DNA of 63,597 nt, filler included, from Dimorphilus gyrociliatus (lineage: Eukaryota > Animalia > Annelida): the NCBI GenBank assembly GCA_904063045.1. It is 4 parts of 4 records of this genome, joined end to end, with 100 filler letters (N's around TTAATTAATTAA, not from the genome) between each part and the next. Parts side by side here need not be neighbours in the genome. Positions count along the whole stretch, not along the records: positions 45,975 to 55,500 come from CAJFCJ010000179.1; positions 55,601 to 63,597 come from CAJFCJ010000184.1; 2 more parts are not named here. One strand, 5' to 3'. The translations under genes and the position numbers were made by a program. Under the pieces are notes generated by a model. It saw nothing but the letters and a program-made list of their open reading frames with translations, had not been told where the DNA came from and made no database searches. Positions 47,285-58,210 of the stretch are shown one piece after another. The number at the start of each line of letters is the position of its first letter. Within the stretch, counting starts at the first letter, position 1.

Positions 47285-49733
47285 GGATCTGTTGTATTTA
47301 ATGAGGGCATTAAATACAACAGTTCACTTTTTTTTATTTTGACCCTTAATATGACTTTTTATGAAGAGTTTTATAGAAATTTACTTTATGGAAATAATAA
47401 TCAAATTTTACTTTTTTCCGAAGAAAAGGTGTCATATTATCTCAGATGCCATGTCACACTTGTGGGTCATTAATGATACTCAAATCAACAACCAAAATAA
47501 GTGATGGTGAAACTTGAAGATGTAATGAAGTTAATTGTAGTGATTATAAAACCTCAAAAAGTGTTAGAACTGGGTCTTTTATAGAAGGGATAAGACTAGA
47601 TATGAAAACAATTTTGGAAATAATATACAGATTTTCCAAAGAAGAACGCAAAACAAAGACGCTGATTGATATTTCAGTACGCAAACCCCCCTTAAGTAAA
47701 AGCCACCAGAAAAGTAGGAAAAAGAGGAACGAGTAGGGTATGAAAAACCAATAAAAGTGGGTGGAAAAGGAAGTATAGTCTGTAAAAAAAAAATGATACA
47801 CCCCAATTTTTGTCATAAAAATACAAAAAATAGGATCATACAAGATTATAATGTATATTTATAATGTCTTATAAATTAACCTTATTTTTAATTATTTTTT
47901 TTTGTTATTTGTTTTTTTAACGGTTAACCATAAAAAATAAATGATACCTTCATTCTCCCTCCAAAAAGGTATATAAGAACCTGAGAAACTAGCCCCTTTA
48001 TGGGTAAACATTATACACAGAGCTTAAAGCAAAGTGATTGGCTTCCGGAGTAATGGATTAGTATAAGACAAATTGCTAAAAAATTACAACTCCTGTCTCA
48101 CAGCTCAGAAAATAATTGAAAAGTATAACAAAACTGGGTGTATAGATCATATGAAGGGATGGTAGACCGAGAAACTGAATAATGATCTTAGGAGACTTTG
48201 TTATCAGAAAATTCTAAAAATGGAAAATTATCTTTACGGAAAAAAGCTGAATCTATACAAAATAAATTAATATCACCATAAGTCACTCGTGTATAAAGAA
48301 ATATCTAAATTTATATAATATACATGCCTATAGTCCCACAAAAAAGCCCCTTTTGAGACCTCATCACATTATTTCTAGATTTAGCCATGCTCGAGACTGG
48401 ATTATGATGAAGGAAAAGGACTGTAAGAATATATTTTTTCCGATGAAACAGATTTAACTTTATAATCACGATGGAAGGTTAAAGTATGGAGAAAGCCTGA
48501 TGAGAGGTTAAAATCAGAGAATATCAATCAGACGTTAAGTTTTGGAGGCTGAGTAATGGAGTGGGCTGTTTTTCTATTATGGGGGGAGAACTTGTGTTTA
48601 TTGATCAAAGAATGGATGCTGCATATTATTGTAATATGTTGTCAGGCTCCCTGTTTAGTTCGATCGATAAATGGGCATTTCAGATTACATTTTCATGCAA
48701 GATAACGATCTAAGCATACTAGTAAGCTATCAAAGGAGTTTTTTACACTAACAATGTAAAATTATTGTCATGGCCAGCACAATCACCAATTGCAATTTAA
48801 TTGAAAACTTATGAGGCTATATAAAAGGTAAAATCAGTGATACCCTTTCGATCAAAAAATGATCTAAAAGATGAAATTAGAAGGATATGGAACGAAATAA
48901 CGATAGAGCAATGTCAAAAACTTCAAAATCGTTTAAAAAACGAGCCTATTTATTATATAAAGCCAGGGAAAGCATATTGATAAATAAATTATAGGTGTAT
49001 CATTTTTTTTTACAATCAAAATTTATTTTTTATGTTAACCGTTAAAAAAACAAATACAAAAAAAATAATTAAAAATAAGGTTTAATTTTAAGTACATTAT
49101 AAATATACATTATCAATCTTGTATGATCCTATTTTTGTATTTTTATGACAAAAATTGGGGTGTATCATTTTTTTTTACAGACTGTATATGTCAAATCGAT
49201 GAAAGTCTTTTTGTTATAAGGTCAAGAATAACGTTAGAAGAAGATTTGAGAAGGTGTGGGTGTTTGGGATAGTGGACACTAGCTTCCGCCTAACAAAAGG
49301 TTATATGAAATAGTACCTGATAGTAAGGCCAGGACACTATTACCTATCATTTATAATGTATGTTTACCAGAAACAATAATACATAGTGATGAGTGGCCTT
49401 CATATCAGAATATATCTAGAGATCTTGGTATAGAGCACTCAACTGTGAACCATAACTTGTTTTTTGTAGATCCTATAACAGGAACACATACACAGAATAT
49501 CGAGTCATATTGGAATAAAAACAAAAGAAGAATTAAAGAAATGATGGGTGTTGACAAGAAGCACTTACAGTCTTATTTAAATGAGTGGCTGTGGAGAGAT
49601 AATATCAGAGGATATTACTTTGAAAAAATGTTAGATTTATTAAAAATAAATTAATTCAAAAAAATTTTAATTTTTAAATAAATTTATGTAAAATAAGATT
49701 TTTTAATATTTGGGCATTAAATACACCAGATCC
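47285..49733 (+). mobile_element. Merlin transposon interrupted by a Tc1
   Basis: TIR GGATCTG(T/G)TGTATTTAATG at 47285-47303 and 49715-49733. 8-bp TSD GGTTATTT/GTTTATTT (one mismatch). Removing the Tc1 restores KVGGKGSICQIDES. Confidence 0.9.
47776..49184 (+). mobile_element. Tc1-family transposon with long IR/DR-type TIRs and a decayed transposase
   Basis: TA TSD at 47774-47775 and 49185-49186. TIRs of ~165 bp start (C/T)AGTCTGTAAAAAAAAATGATACACC, with an inner copy of the terminal motif near 48993-49015. FSDE, QDND and WPAQSP remnants. Confidence 0.92.
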
Positions 49734-52700
49734 GTTTATTTTCTATTTCATTAAATTATATTTTACTGAGAATATATATCTTATTTACAGCTTCATCTAG
49801 AAAGATTATACGTAAAATAAGAGAAGTAAGAAAATCTATAGCGGGAAAAATTTTAATCATTATCAGACATTTTCACTCTATATATCTATCAATGCCCCCC
49901 CATTGTAACCTTTCTGCCCAGGAAACGAAAATTACAAGGGTGATCCTTGATTTCGATAGAAATGTTATATTCAAACATATCTCGAACCGTGTCGCCCGTC
50001 GCCTACCAAATAGCTAAAACTTCAAAATTATGGCTCATGTAGGGTCTACAGTTAAATGATCTATTGAATCTTTTCATGTTCATACATCACTTGACTAGTC
50101 TTTTGTAAGTTATCAGTTCCTCTAGGTGACAATTAATAGTACTGTCGCTAACAGAAATGACTAAAGCAATATCGATCCGAATTTCGGAATATATACAAAG
50201 GGTGGTGTGGGGGATCCTCTATCGTTTGCTAGACGACTCTACTTTTCATCTGTTAGCAGATACTTCAGTTCATCACGTTTCAATGTATCGTATCTAGTTT
50301 ATTTTATACACCTATTTATATTTATAACACCAGTGCTTCTCGGAAAACTTTTAGTTTTACAATTTTTACTTACTTATTGATATTGTACAGTGATTAATAA
50401 TCGAAGCTCCTGTTAAATCGTCTATTGAGCACCTTATTAGAATATTATTACTTATATCTCATCTGACATAAAGTGTAAATTTTCAAGCGAAAGAATTCAT
50501 TCTTTTCTGTATTTGTTTATGGAATTATCTCAATGGAGATTTAATAAATCACTCTCCTATAATGAAACTTGTGGTAATTGATTGGATGTTGTTGTTAATG
50601 ATAACCCCCATCTATACTTATGTTAAATGCTCAGTTTTATCCCAGAAGAGGCTTTAGTGGGATATACAGGTTTTAATCTATAGCAAGTATAAGCACTATG
50701 TATGAAAATATATAATATTCTCATATAAGGCTCATATTACATTTTACCCACATTTTATTTCGTTAATATAGTGCCTTTCTATGTTTTTTTCTAAAATATA
50801 AGCGAAAAAGTACATTCACCCCTTTAGCTCCTTGCATTTTCCATAAATTCTTTATTGTGTTATGATTAATAAATTTCTTATCAATTTTATGATTGTAGAG
50901 ATACTTATTACTGTTTTCTACAATATTTTTTACAAGACTATTTTTTATATATAGTAACACTATACACACTACCTTGTTTTATTATTGACATTTTTATCTA
51001 TGAGAAGAAAAATAGGATGAATTCCTTTTTTTTAAAGTTTAAACAATATTTTTGTGACCAAATGTTTATAAGCAAGTCTTATATTACATAAAATAAATTT
51101 TTATATATGTTAATTGGTGTTTATTGTTTGTATAATATGATTTTAATGACATATTATCATCTTTACGAGTTTTAATAATCTTTTCTTTTTTATCAGAATG
51201 TGTAAAAAAAAATTTAATTTTAATAAAAAAACCCCTATTGCCTATATTGTTTTGTATGGAATTCATTAAATGTGTTTCTGAATTCAATTATATTTTTTTC
51301 CAATAGTTCATTAGAAAGAAGAGACTCGAAACATACTTTTTCTTTCTAATTCTGTTGATAATTAATCGATCTTAAATTAAATAAAATTATTTTATCCCCT
51401 GTAATTTTTTTAAATAATAGAAGAGTTATAGTTTTATTAATATTTATCTAGTTTTACTATTCTGTAAAATTAGATAAATATAATGTGTGGATAAAATACA
51501 AATGTTATTTTCCTTTTTCGATAAGTACTAACAATTAAGTTAAACTTAAAACATAACGATTGCCACCCACTAGTAATAATTATTTGTATTACTAATATAA
51601 ATCCAATCAGTCATTATAAATTATACGAACTCTATTTACTATGTATCTTTTTTTTAAAAAGTTAATATTTAATAACACTTTAATAGATCCGAGTATAAAG
51701 CAAAGGGGAGTTAAAAGAGCATATATTACTAATAAATATAACTTTTTTATTAGCAATGTAAATTTCTTTTTATATTATATGTAGTATTGGTATGACGTAA
51801 TTCTTTTTTATCCGCCATAAAACGTGTCAGAGACTAAGCTCATAAAACAAAGTAAAGTTTTTGAATTTTATAGTTTTGTTATATTTTAACTTATCCCATC
51901 TCAGGATTACCCGATTGGTATTTTATGTTATTATTTTGATATTTTTTCATTCCCAAAAAAATTTTCTTCCTTATGTCCAGAGGTATGTTTACTGACATAA
52001 AAATGTGCAAGTTATTCTAAGGTGAATTGTTCTAATGAAGATGTATTAATGTAAATCATAAAAAATAATGTTTTTAGAATTGAGAGTTGTTAAAATTTTA
52101 AATTAAATATAGTTATGAATTATTATTTTATCATTATATAAATGATATCACATTATTACTAATCACTTCGACTTTAATCATCATACTCTCGGGCTCTGAA
52201 ATTTGATTTTTAACTACTTTTAGAATTTTTTATTAAAAAACTTGATTTTACCTATTTTTTATTTTATTATTTTATACTATTTACAAGTTCCTTTAATTCG
52301 TCTCATTAAAGTTCTTTTTGTATAATTATAATTTTTCATTCAATATCATTCATTTTTTATATATTTTATCAAATCTTTCTTATTGTATATTAAAAAAGAA
52401 TTGTTTTTTCACTTGGATAACTGTATAGTAGTTATTTTTAATGTCTCTATATGCTTATAGTCTCTTTTATAAAAACTGTAAATTTTATCTAAAACACTAA
52501 AACATTTTTACTATTAATAACTAATATTGTATTCACCAAGTCTCTATAAATTATTTTTGTTACATAATAAAACAATTTTCATATTGTTTAAATAATTACT
52601 ATTATATAATTTGACGTTTATGCATATACTCTGTTTTTATTTAATAATAATTATTAACATTCAAAAAGGAGTATTATAAAAACATTATATTTTAAATGAA

Positions 52701-53152
52701 TTTCGAATTTATTAAAGTGAGAACTTCTAAAGCAGAAATAAGCTTTTTTTAATCTCTAAGTTTTAGTTCAAGTTACAAAAATTGTTGGTTTATTATAGTC
52801 ACCTTTGGTTACTATTATTATATAACTAACTAGTTTCACAAAGGAGCAAATTATTAATGTTTTTAATAACTTTAATATAGATGCTTACAACTTTAATAAA
52901 ATATTTTTAATAAGAACCCCCCATTATAAGAGAAAGTTTAGACCTGCAGCTATAGCTTGGAGAGCTATGATTGATAATTTGGTGCATAAAAGGATATTTA
53001 TAGCAGTTTCTACACGCCCATGCATAATTAGATTAAATTTTGATTAGTTCAGTAGGCGATAATTCTTCTTATAGAAAACTTAAATTACTTTTATAACTTG
53101 TATTTTTAATCATTTTTCTATACATATAAAAATCTGACCTATATAATCTATT

Positions 53153-55176
53153 GGCTAAGTGACTTCTCCACCCCCCGGGAATAGTCTTTAATTTTAAAAT
53201 TTAAGACTATTCCCGGGGCAATGCCGACTGTAAGTTATAAATAAAAGAATAAATAAATAAATTAAACAGGTTTTGTGAAACATCTTTATTAAATAATCAT
53301 TGTTTTTATAAGAAAGTTTAAATCAATGTAATTGTTAGTTTTGAACATATAAATATAAAGGAAAATTTGGTAAAAATTGCTTTCAGGGCCCCCTTAAAAT
53401 TGGATATTAGAAAGAAATAAAAATATAATTAAATTTAAAATGACATTTTAATAATTTTCATCCGAGACAAAATGTCTAAAAATGGATTTTCTTTTTTAGA
53501 AATAAATAATCGTTTATATGTGCGTTCATATTATTCTTTATATTACTACCACGACTTTTTAGGTAGTGTTTCAACCATCTCCATTGATTTTCAATGTTTT
53601 GTGTGTGAATTTCTGGTATATTTTTGTCTTTAAAGTTAGTTTTATGTTTAATTGTAAAATGCCCATAATCATGATATTTTATGTCATTATATCCTTTCCA
53701 TTCATCGGTTATAATAATGGAAAGTTCTTCTACATGCTTATTGATAATTCTCTGTAGAGTTAATGAATCTCTTTTTTCTACAACTTCAAAAAAGCATCTT
53801 TTGTGGTTCTACAAAGACCACCAACCACCCACAATTGCTCATTACACCTTCCTACATTATATTTTCGCTTAGTCACAGCACTTTCATCAATCTCTATGAC
53901 TAAACCAGGACCTCCTATTTTAGCTGAACTGTCAGATGTAATTTTACTTCTAATTAGCGATATGACTGTTTATAAGTTTATAGTTTATGTAATATTGCTC
54001 AAATATATCCATTATTGGAGTTTTTATGGACCATTCAAAGATTATAAAAATTATTTTTTTTAATGATGCTTTTATTTTACTGAAAGAAGAGCCATCACGA
54101 ATTGAAACCTTACTCTTGCCACATTTTTTTGATTTACACATCCAAATCAAACCATCTATGTTATGATGTGCTACTAAATTTCTATCAATTTTACATTTTT
54201 TACAGAATGATTTTTTTTTCAAAATATTTAATTCAGCTAGCCAAGAAAAAAAAGTGCTCGGATCAATCATTTTTTCTTGCAATTGCAACCTTGTTATTGA
54301 CATTAGGGGGTAATATAATCCAATTTTAAGGGGGGCCCTGAAAGCAATTTTTACCGAAAATTTTTATAATTTTTTTGTTGCGATATCTTGGTTTTATAAA
54401 ATATTTAACACCATTCCATGTTCCTTCTATCGTATTGGTGTGCGCACCGGTTATTGGATCTTTATATGTGTTTGAGTGATTCACTTTTTTGTGATATAAC
54501 CTAAATTTCCAAGGTTATTATATCCTTTCCAGTAGTCTGTCATTATTGTTGTTCCTTTTTTAACATACTTAGTAATATAATATTCTAATTCCTTAGTTTT
54601 TTTGATTTTAATGGTACCATAATAAGTTGCTTGTTTCTCTTTCTACCATACCTAGTACCCACCCCATCGACTTTATGCCCTCTATGATACTTCCTTTTTC
54701 CAAACTTACTCTCATCTATTTCTACTGCTTCATCTTCTCCTCCTATTTGATTAAATTCACTCAGAATATTATATTTGTTACTTTTGTACCACCTTACAAT
54801 GATTTTTTTTATGGTACTCTTAGTGGTTTTTCATAATGTACAATGGTTTTTTATCTGTTCCTCTTATCATAGCATATAAAATGTTAAATACCTTTAAGAA
54901 AGATTGTTTTAAGTTCCAAAAAATTGTTCCATATAATTTAGTTGTTTCGAATTTGCATATCCTCTTATTACATCTAAATTTAAGAGTACCTTTTCCTCTC
55001 CATGCACCTTTTGATTCACATTTAACACATATTGTTGATTTAAAATTTAAATTTAAATACTTTACAGCGATATTATAACATTTTTTAATTCTCTCTTCAA
55101 AATTTTTAACATTTTTTAGGGGTTAAAATTTTCAGATTAAGGTCTATTCCCGGGGGATTGGAAAAGTACAAGATCC
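53153..55176 (-). mobile_element. Older Merlin transposon with 9-bp TSD, hosting a nested Merlin
   Basis: TSD TAATCTATT at 53144-53152 and 55177-55185. Imperfect TIRs GG...CCCCCGGGAATAG. QIGGEDEAVEIDESKFGKRKYHRGHKV and GAHTNTIEGTWNGVK. Confidence 0.9.
53369..54355 (-). mobile_element. Younger Merlin transposon nested in 53153-55176
   Basis: ~37-bp TIR GGTAAAAATTGCTTTCAGGGCCCCCTTAAAATTGGAT (one C difference between ends). Perfect 8-bp TSD GAAAATTT at 53361-53368 and 54356-54363. Frameshifted transposase with KIGGPGLVIEIDES and HTQNIENQW. Confidence 0.93.
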
Positions 55177-55500
55177 TAATCTATTATATATTTAATGTTT
55201 TTTATGTTTTTAGTTTTTTATATTTTTCAGTTTCACGTGTTTTAGTATTATTGTTTTTTGTCAATTTTAAATTATATACTTAATATTATATAATACTTAA
55301 GGTATGAGAAATAGTCTAGACTGCTCTATTAGGTTTGACTCCTTTTATTTAATAATTTATTCATGTTGATTAATATATATTAATTTTGTTTTATATACTA
55401 TAAAGCGTTGCTAACAATCTATTCAAAACTATATTACTACATTTTGGCTATTATCATTTTATTATATCTCTATATTTATATAAGAAATATAGAAAAGCAT

Positions 55501-55600
55501 NNNNNNNNNNNNNNNNNNNNNNNNNNNNNNNNNNNNNNNNNNNNTTAATTAATTAANNNNNNNNNNNNNNNNNNNNNNNNNNNNNNNNNNNNNNNNNNNN
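55501..55600. other. Artificial contig spacer
   Basis: 44 N + TTAATTAATTAA + 44 N. Confidence 0.97.
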
Positions 55601-55779
55601 AGTGAATTTAGATCACATTTTTTTAATAATAAGTATCTTTTATACTTTTGTTTCCATGTATGTTTAGTTTTAAACTGGTCTGAATATCTTCTTTTTCGCT
55701 TCTTTTCTTCGTAAAAAATTTTATCGCCTATTTTTATTACATTATACTTGCTTTCATCATCAACAGACGTATAAAACAT
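55601..55779 (-). CDS. N-terminal fragment of a hypothetical basic protein, truncated by the spacer
   Basis: CCC-TT-ATG start and open to the gap. Contains the NLS-like EKKRKRR. Confidence 0.5.
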
Positions 55780-56299
55780 AAGGGTTACAATATTATTAAA
55801 GTTGTAAAATAGTGTTCTAAAATTAAAATTATGTCATTTTTAAATATTCTTTTTATAGGTAGATGTTTTATATAATATAACTATTTAAGTACATTCTTAA
55901 AAATGCTTTTCTTATTAAATAATAAATATATTAGATTTTATAGATTTAAATAAGTATTAGTCCAAATTAAAAACCATTAAAACAACTAAAAAACTATTCG
56001 ATTTAATTTATTAATAGTAAAGAAAGAGTTAAGTTTATTATTTTTTATCTTATTTAAAATTCTAAATTGGGAAAATCTAACTTATATACAGAAAATGGAT
56101 AATTAAATAGAATTAGAAAGGATTTAACATATAATATTGTTTGATTAACTTTTATAAATAAATATGAAAGTAAAAAAGATGACATCATATAGTTTAAAGT
56201 TTATTATTAAATAAGGTATTATATAAATGACATTTTGAAGTTAAAAGCACTTTTTTTATATTTATGATAAAGTAACTCGTATATTCAAGTATTTTTTGG

Positions 56300-58210
56300 T
56301 TACTGATTAGATAGCTTTTTTAGATAATTCAATTTTATTAGAATTGAACTTCGTTTTAGTGCAGTTTCAATATTATAGTCAATAAACAGGGCATTTGTAT
56401 TACAAAAAGTAATTTTTTCATCAATTTCTTTGCGAATAGAATCACTATAATCTAATTCAAGGTATCTGATGTGTTTAAGTTTAAAAATCATTTTTAGAAT
56501 TCCTGGTTTCAGGACTGAATTGCCTGAAAAAAAGAGCTGTTCTAATTTGCTCAATTTACTTATTCTAATAAGAACCTTTGAATCAAGCAAACATTTGTCT
56601 ATTTTAAGTATCTTTAGATTTTTTAGCAAGAATATTGGTCTTATATCGTCGGGTTCTATTTTTACGTTACCTGTTAAATGTAGAAATTCGATATTAGAAA
56701 GTCTATAAATATTGCTAAGTGAGCCGCTAGGGATATTACACCTTACTAAGTTTAGGCTTCTAAGAGCTTTCAGTTCAAAAATGGAATTATAGTCTTCTTT
56801 ACTAAGGTTAGAACTAGACTTAAGAGAAAAATTTCTCAATTTCTTTAAATCTGTAAGATGACTGATCAGTCCTGCTTTTAAGTCACTTTTAGATATCTGT
56901 AATGAATGAAGACTAACCATTTTATTTATTGTGATGAAATCTTCTTTGTTCAGGTTTTTATGTTCTGTTAATACTAGGTTTTGGAGTAATAGATAATGTT
57001 TATAATACACCAAAGCGCCTGCTGGTAAATTAGATCCACAAATTATAAGCATATTGAGTGAATCAAGACTACCTATAGCCATTATATCTTCAATAGTTAA
57101 ATCTTTACTAAATGTTATTTTTAAAACTTCTAATAACTTTAATTCATGTATACTGGCCAATGACACATCTGATAGATCACACAATACTATTTCCAGTACT
57201 TTCAAGTTAACAAATTTCAGAATATCATTTATATCCTCTTGCTGTAATACAAAAAAAATTAAAGTTAAGTTTTCTAAGCTCTTATATTCTATATATTTTA
57301 ATAAAGTACCCTCTGAATCGTAGCTTTTAAGTTCTAACTTTTTTATAGAATTTAACCTTTTAAACACATGTAAATCAGCTTCTTCATAGTTTGTATCTAA
57401 ATTAACTACCAAGCTTTTTATAGAATTAACTTGTGGTAGATTTCTAAATAAGTCATAAGATAACAAAATATCGTCTAAATTTAACTCTCTAATGTGGCTT
57501 AGTTTTAAAACTGCAATTATGTCATCTCTAAATATTTCACAATCCCCTTTTAAATCAACTTTTTCTAGATTATATAGATTTTTTATGTTTTTAAAAGCAT
57601 TTATTGGAATCGAACAACAATTTAAAATAAGATTTTTTATACTTGTGGTTTTAAGAATATACTCGTAGTCAAGTAAATTTAAACCTCTATTCTTTGTTAG
57701 AATTAATGTTTCTAAATAATCCAGCCTATTTAAACCTATCAAACTACCAGATTTTAAGTTACAGAAAGATAAATCCAATGATTTTAGAGTCTTTAGATTA
57801 AAAATATTATTAAAATCTGTACTTTTTAAATAAACATTACCAGATAAGTTTAAACTCTTTAAATTTATCAAATTAGTAATATTAGTCGTCATGTTGTAGT
57901 TTATAATAGAAAAACTCAAATCAATCTTTTCTAAAGATAATATCATATAAATAAAGTCAGTGTCATGAACATTAAATAATCTAACATTTACAAAATATAA
58001 AACTTTGAGATTACCTTGATTACTAAGTGAACTTAAACTATTCCGTGGTAAAGAGCAATCACTAATATTTAATTTTTCTATATTTTTTATTGAAAGTACT
58101 CTCATAAAATGTGTTGTTTTTTCAGTTGATTCCATTTGAGAGTTTACTAACTCATCGGAATTTCTTATCGAACATAAAATTTTTAGAAGATAAAAATATA
58201 AAAAACTCAT
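56300..58210 (-). CDS. Putative secreted LRR protein (~636 aa from the ATG at 58210)
   Basis: MSFLYFYLLKILCS signal-peptide-like start preceded by GCC-AT. The same 25/24-aa doublets as 25565-27661. The ORF is also open to an upstream ATG at 58282. Confidence 0.88.
   Translation of the reverse strand: MSFLYFYLLKILCSIRNSDELVNSQMESTEKTTHFMRVLSIKNIEKLNISDCSLPRNSLSSLSNQGNLKVLYFVNVRLFNVHDTDFIYMILSLEKIDLSFSIINYNMTTNITNLINLKSLNLSGNVYLKSTDFNNIFNLKTLKSLDLSFCNLKSGSLIGLNRLDYLETLILTKNRGLNLLDYEYILKTTSIKNLILNCCSIPINAFKNIKNLYNLEKVDLKGDCEIFRDDIIAVLKLSHIRELNLDDILLSYDLFRNLPQVNSIKSLVVNLDTNYEEADLHVFKRLNSIKKLELKSYDSEGTLLKYIEYKSLENLTLIFFVLQQEDINDILKFVNLKVLEIVLCDLSDVSLASIHELKLLEVLKITFSKDLTIEDIMAIGSLDSLNMLIICGSNLPAGALVYYKHYLLLQNLVLTEHKNLNKEDFITINKMVSLHSLQISKSDLKAGLISHLTDLKKLRNFSLKSSSNLSKEDYNSIFELKALRSLNLVRCNIPSGSLSNIYRLSNIEFLHLTGNVKIEPDDIRPIFLLKNLKILKIDKCLLDSKVLIRISKLSKLEQLFFSGNSVLKPGILKMIFKLKHIRYLELDYSDSIRKEIDEKITFCNTNALFIDYNIETALKRSSILIKLNYLKKLSNQ

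Noticed and set aside
49850-52900. Possible decayed genes or retroelement in the mixed-composition stretch
   Set aside because: No RT, integrase or other recognisable motif, and no long frame could be reconstructed by eye.
30440-55176. Bacterial IS1595/ISXO2 elements implying bacterial contamination
   Set aside because: Eukaryotic Merlin shares this DDE domain, the elements carry CCC-ATG signals rather than Shine-Dalgarno sites, and flanking genes are eukaryotic.
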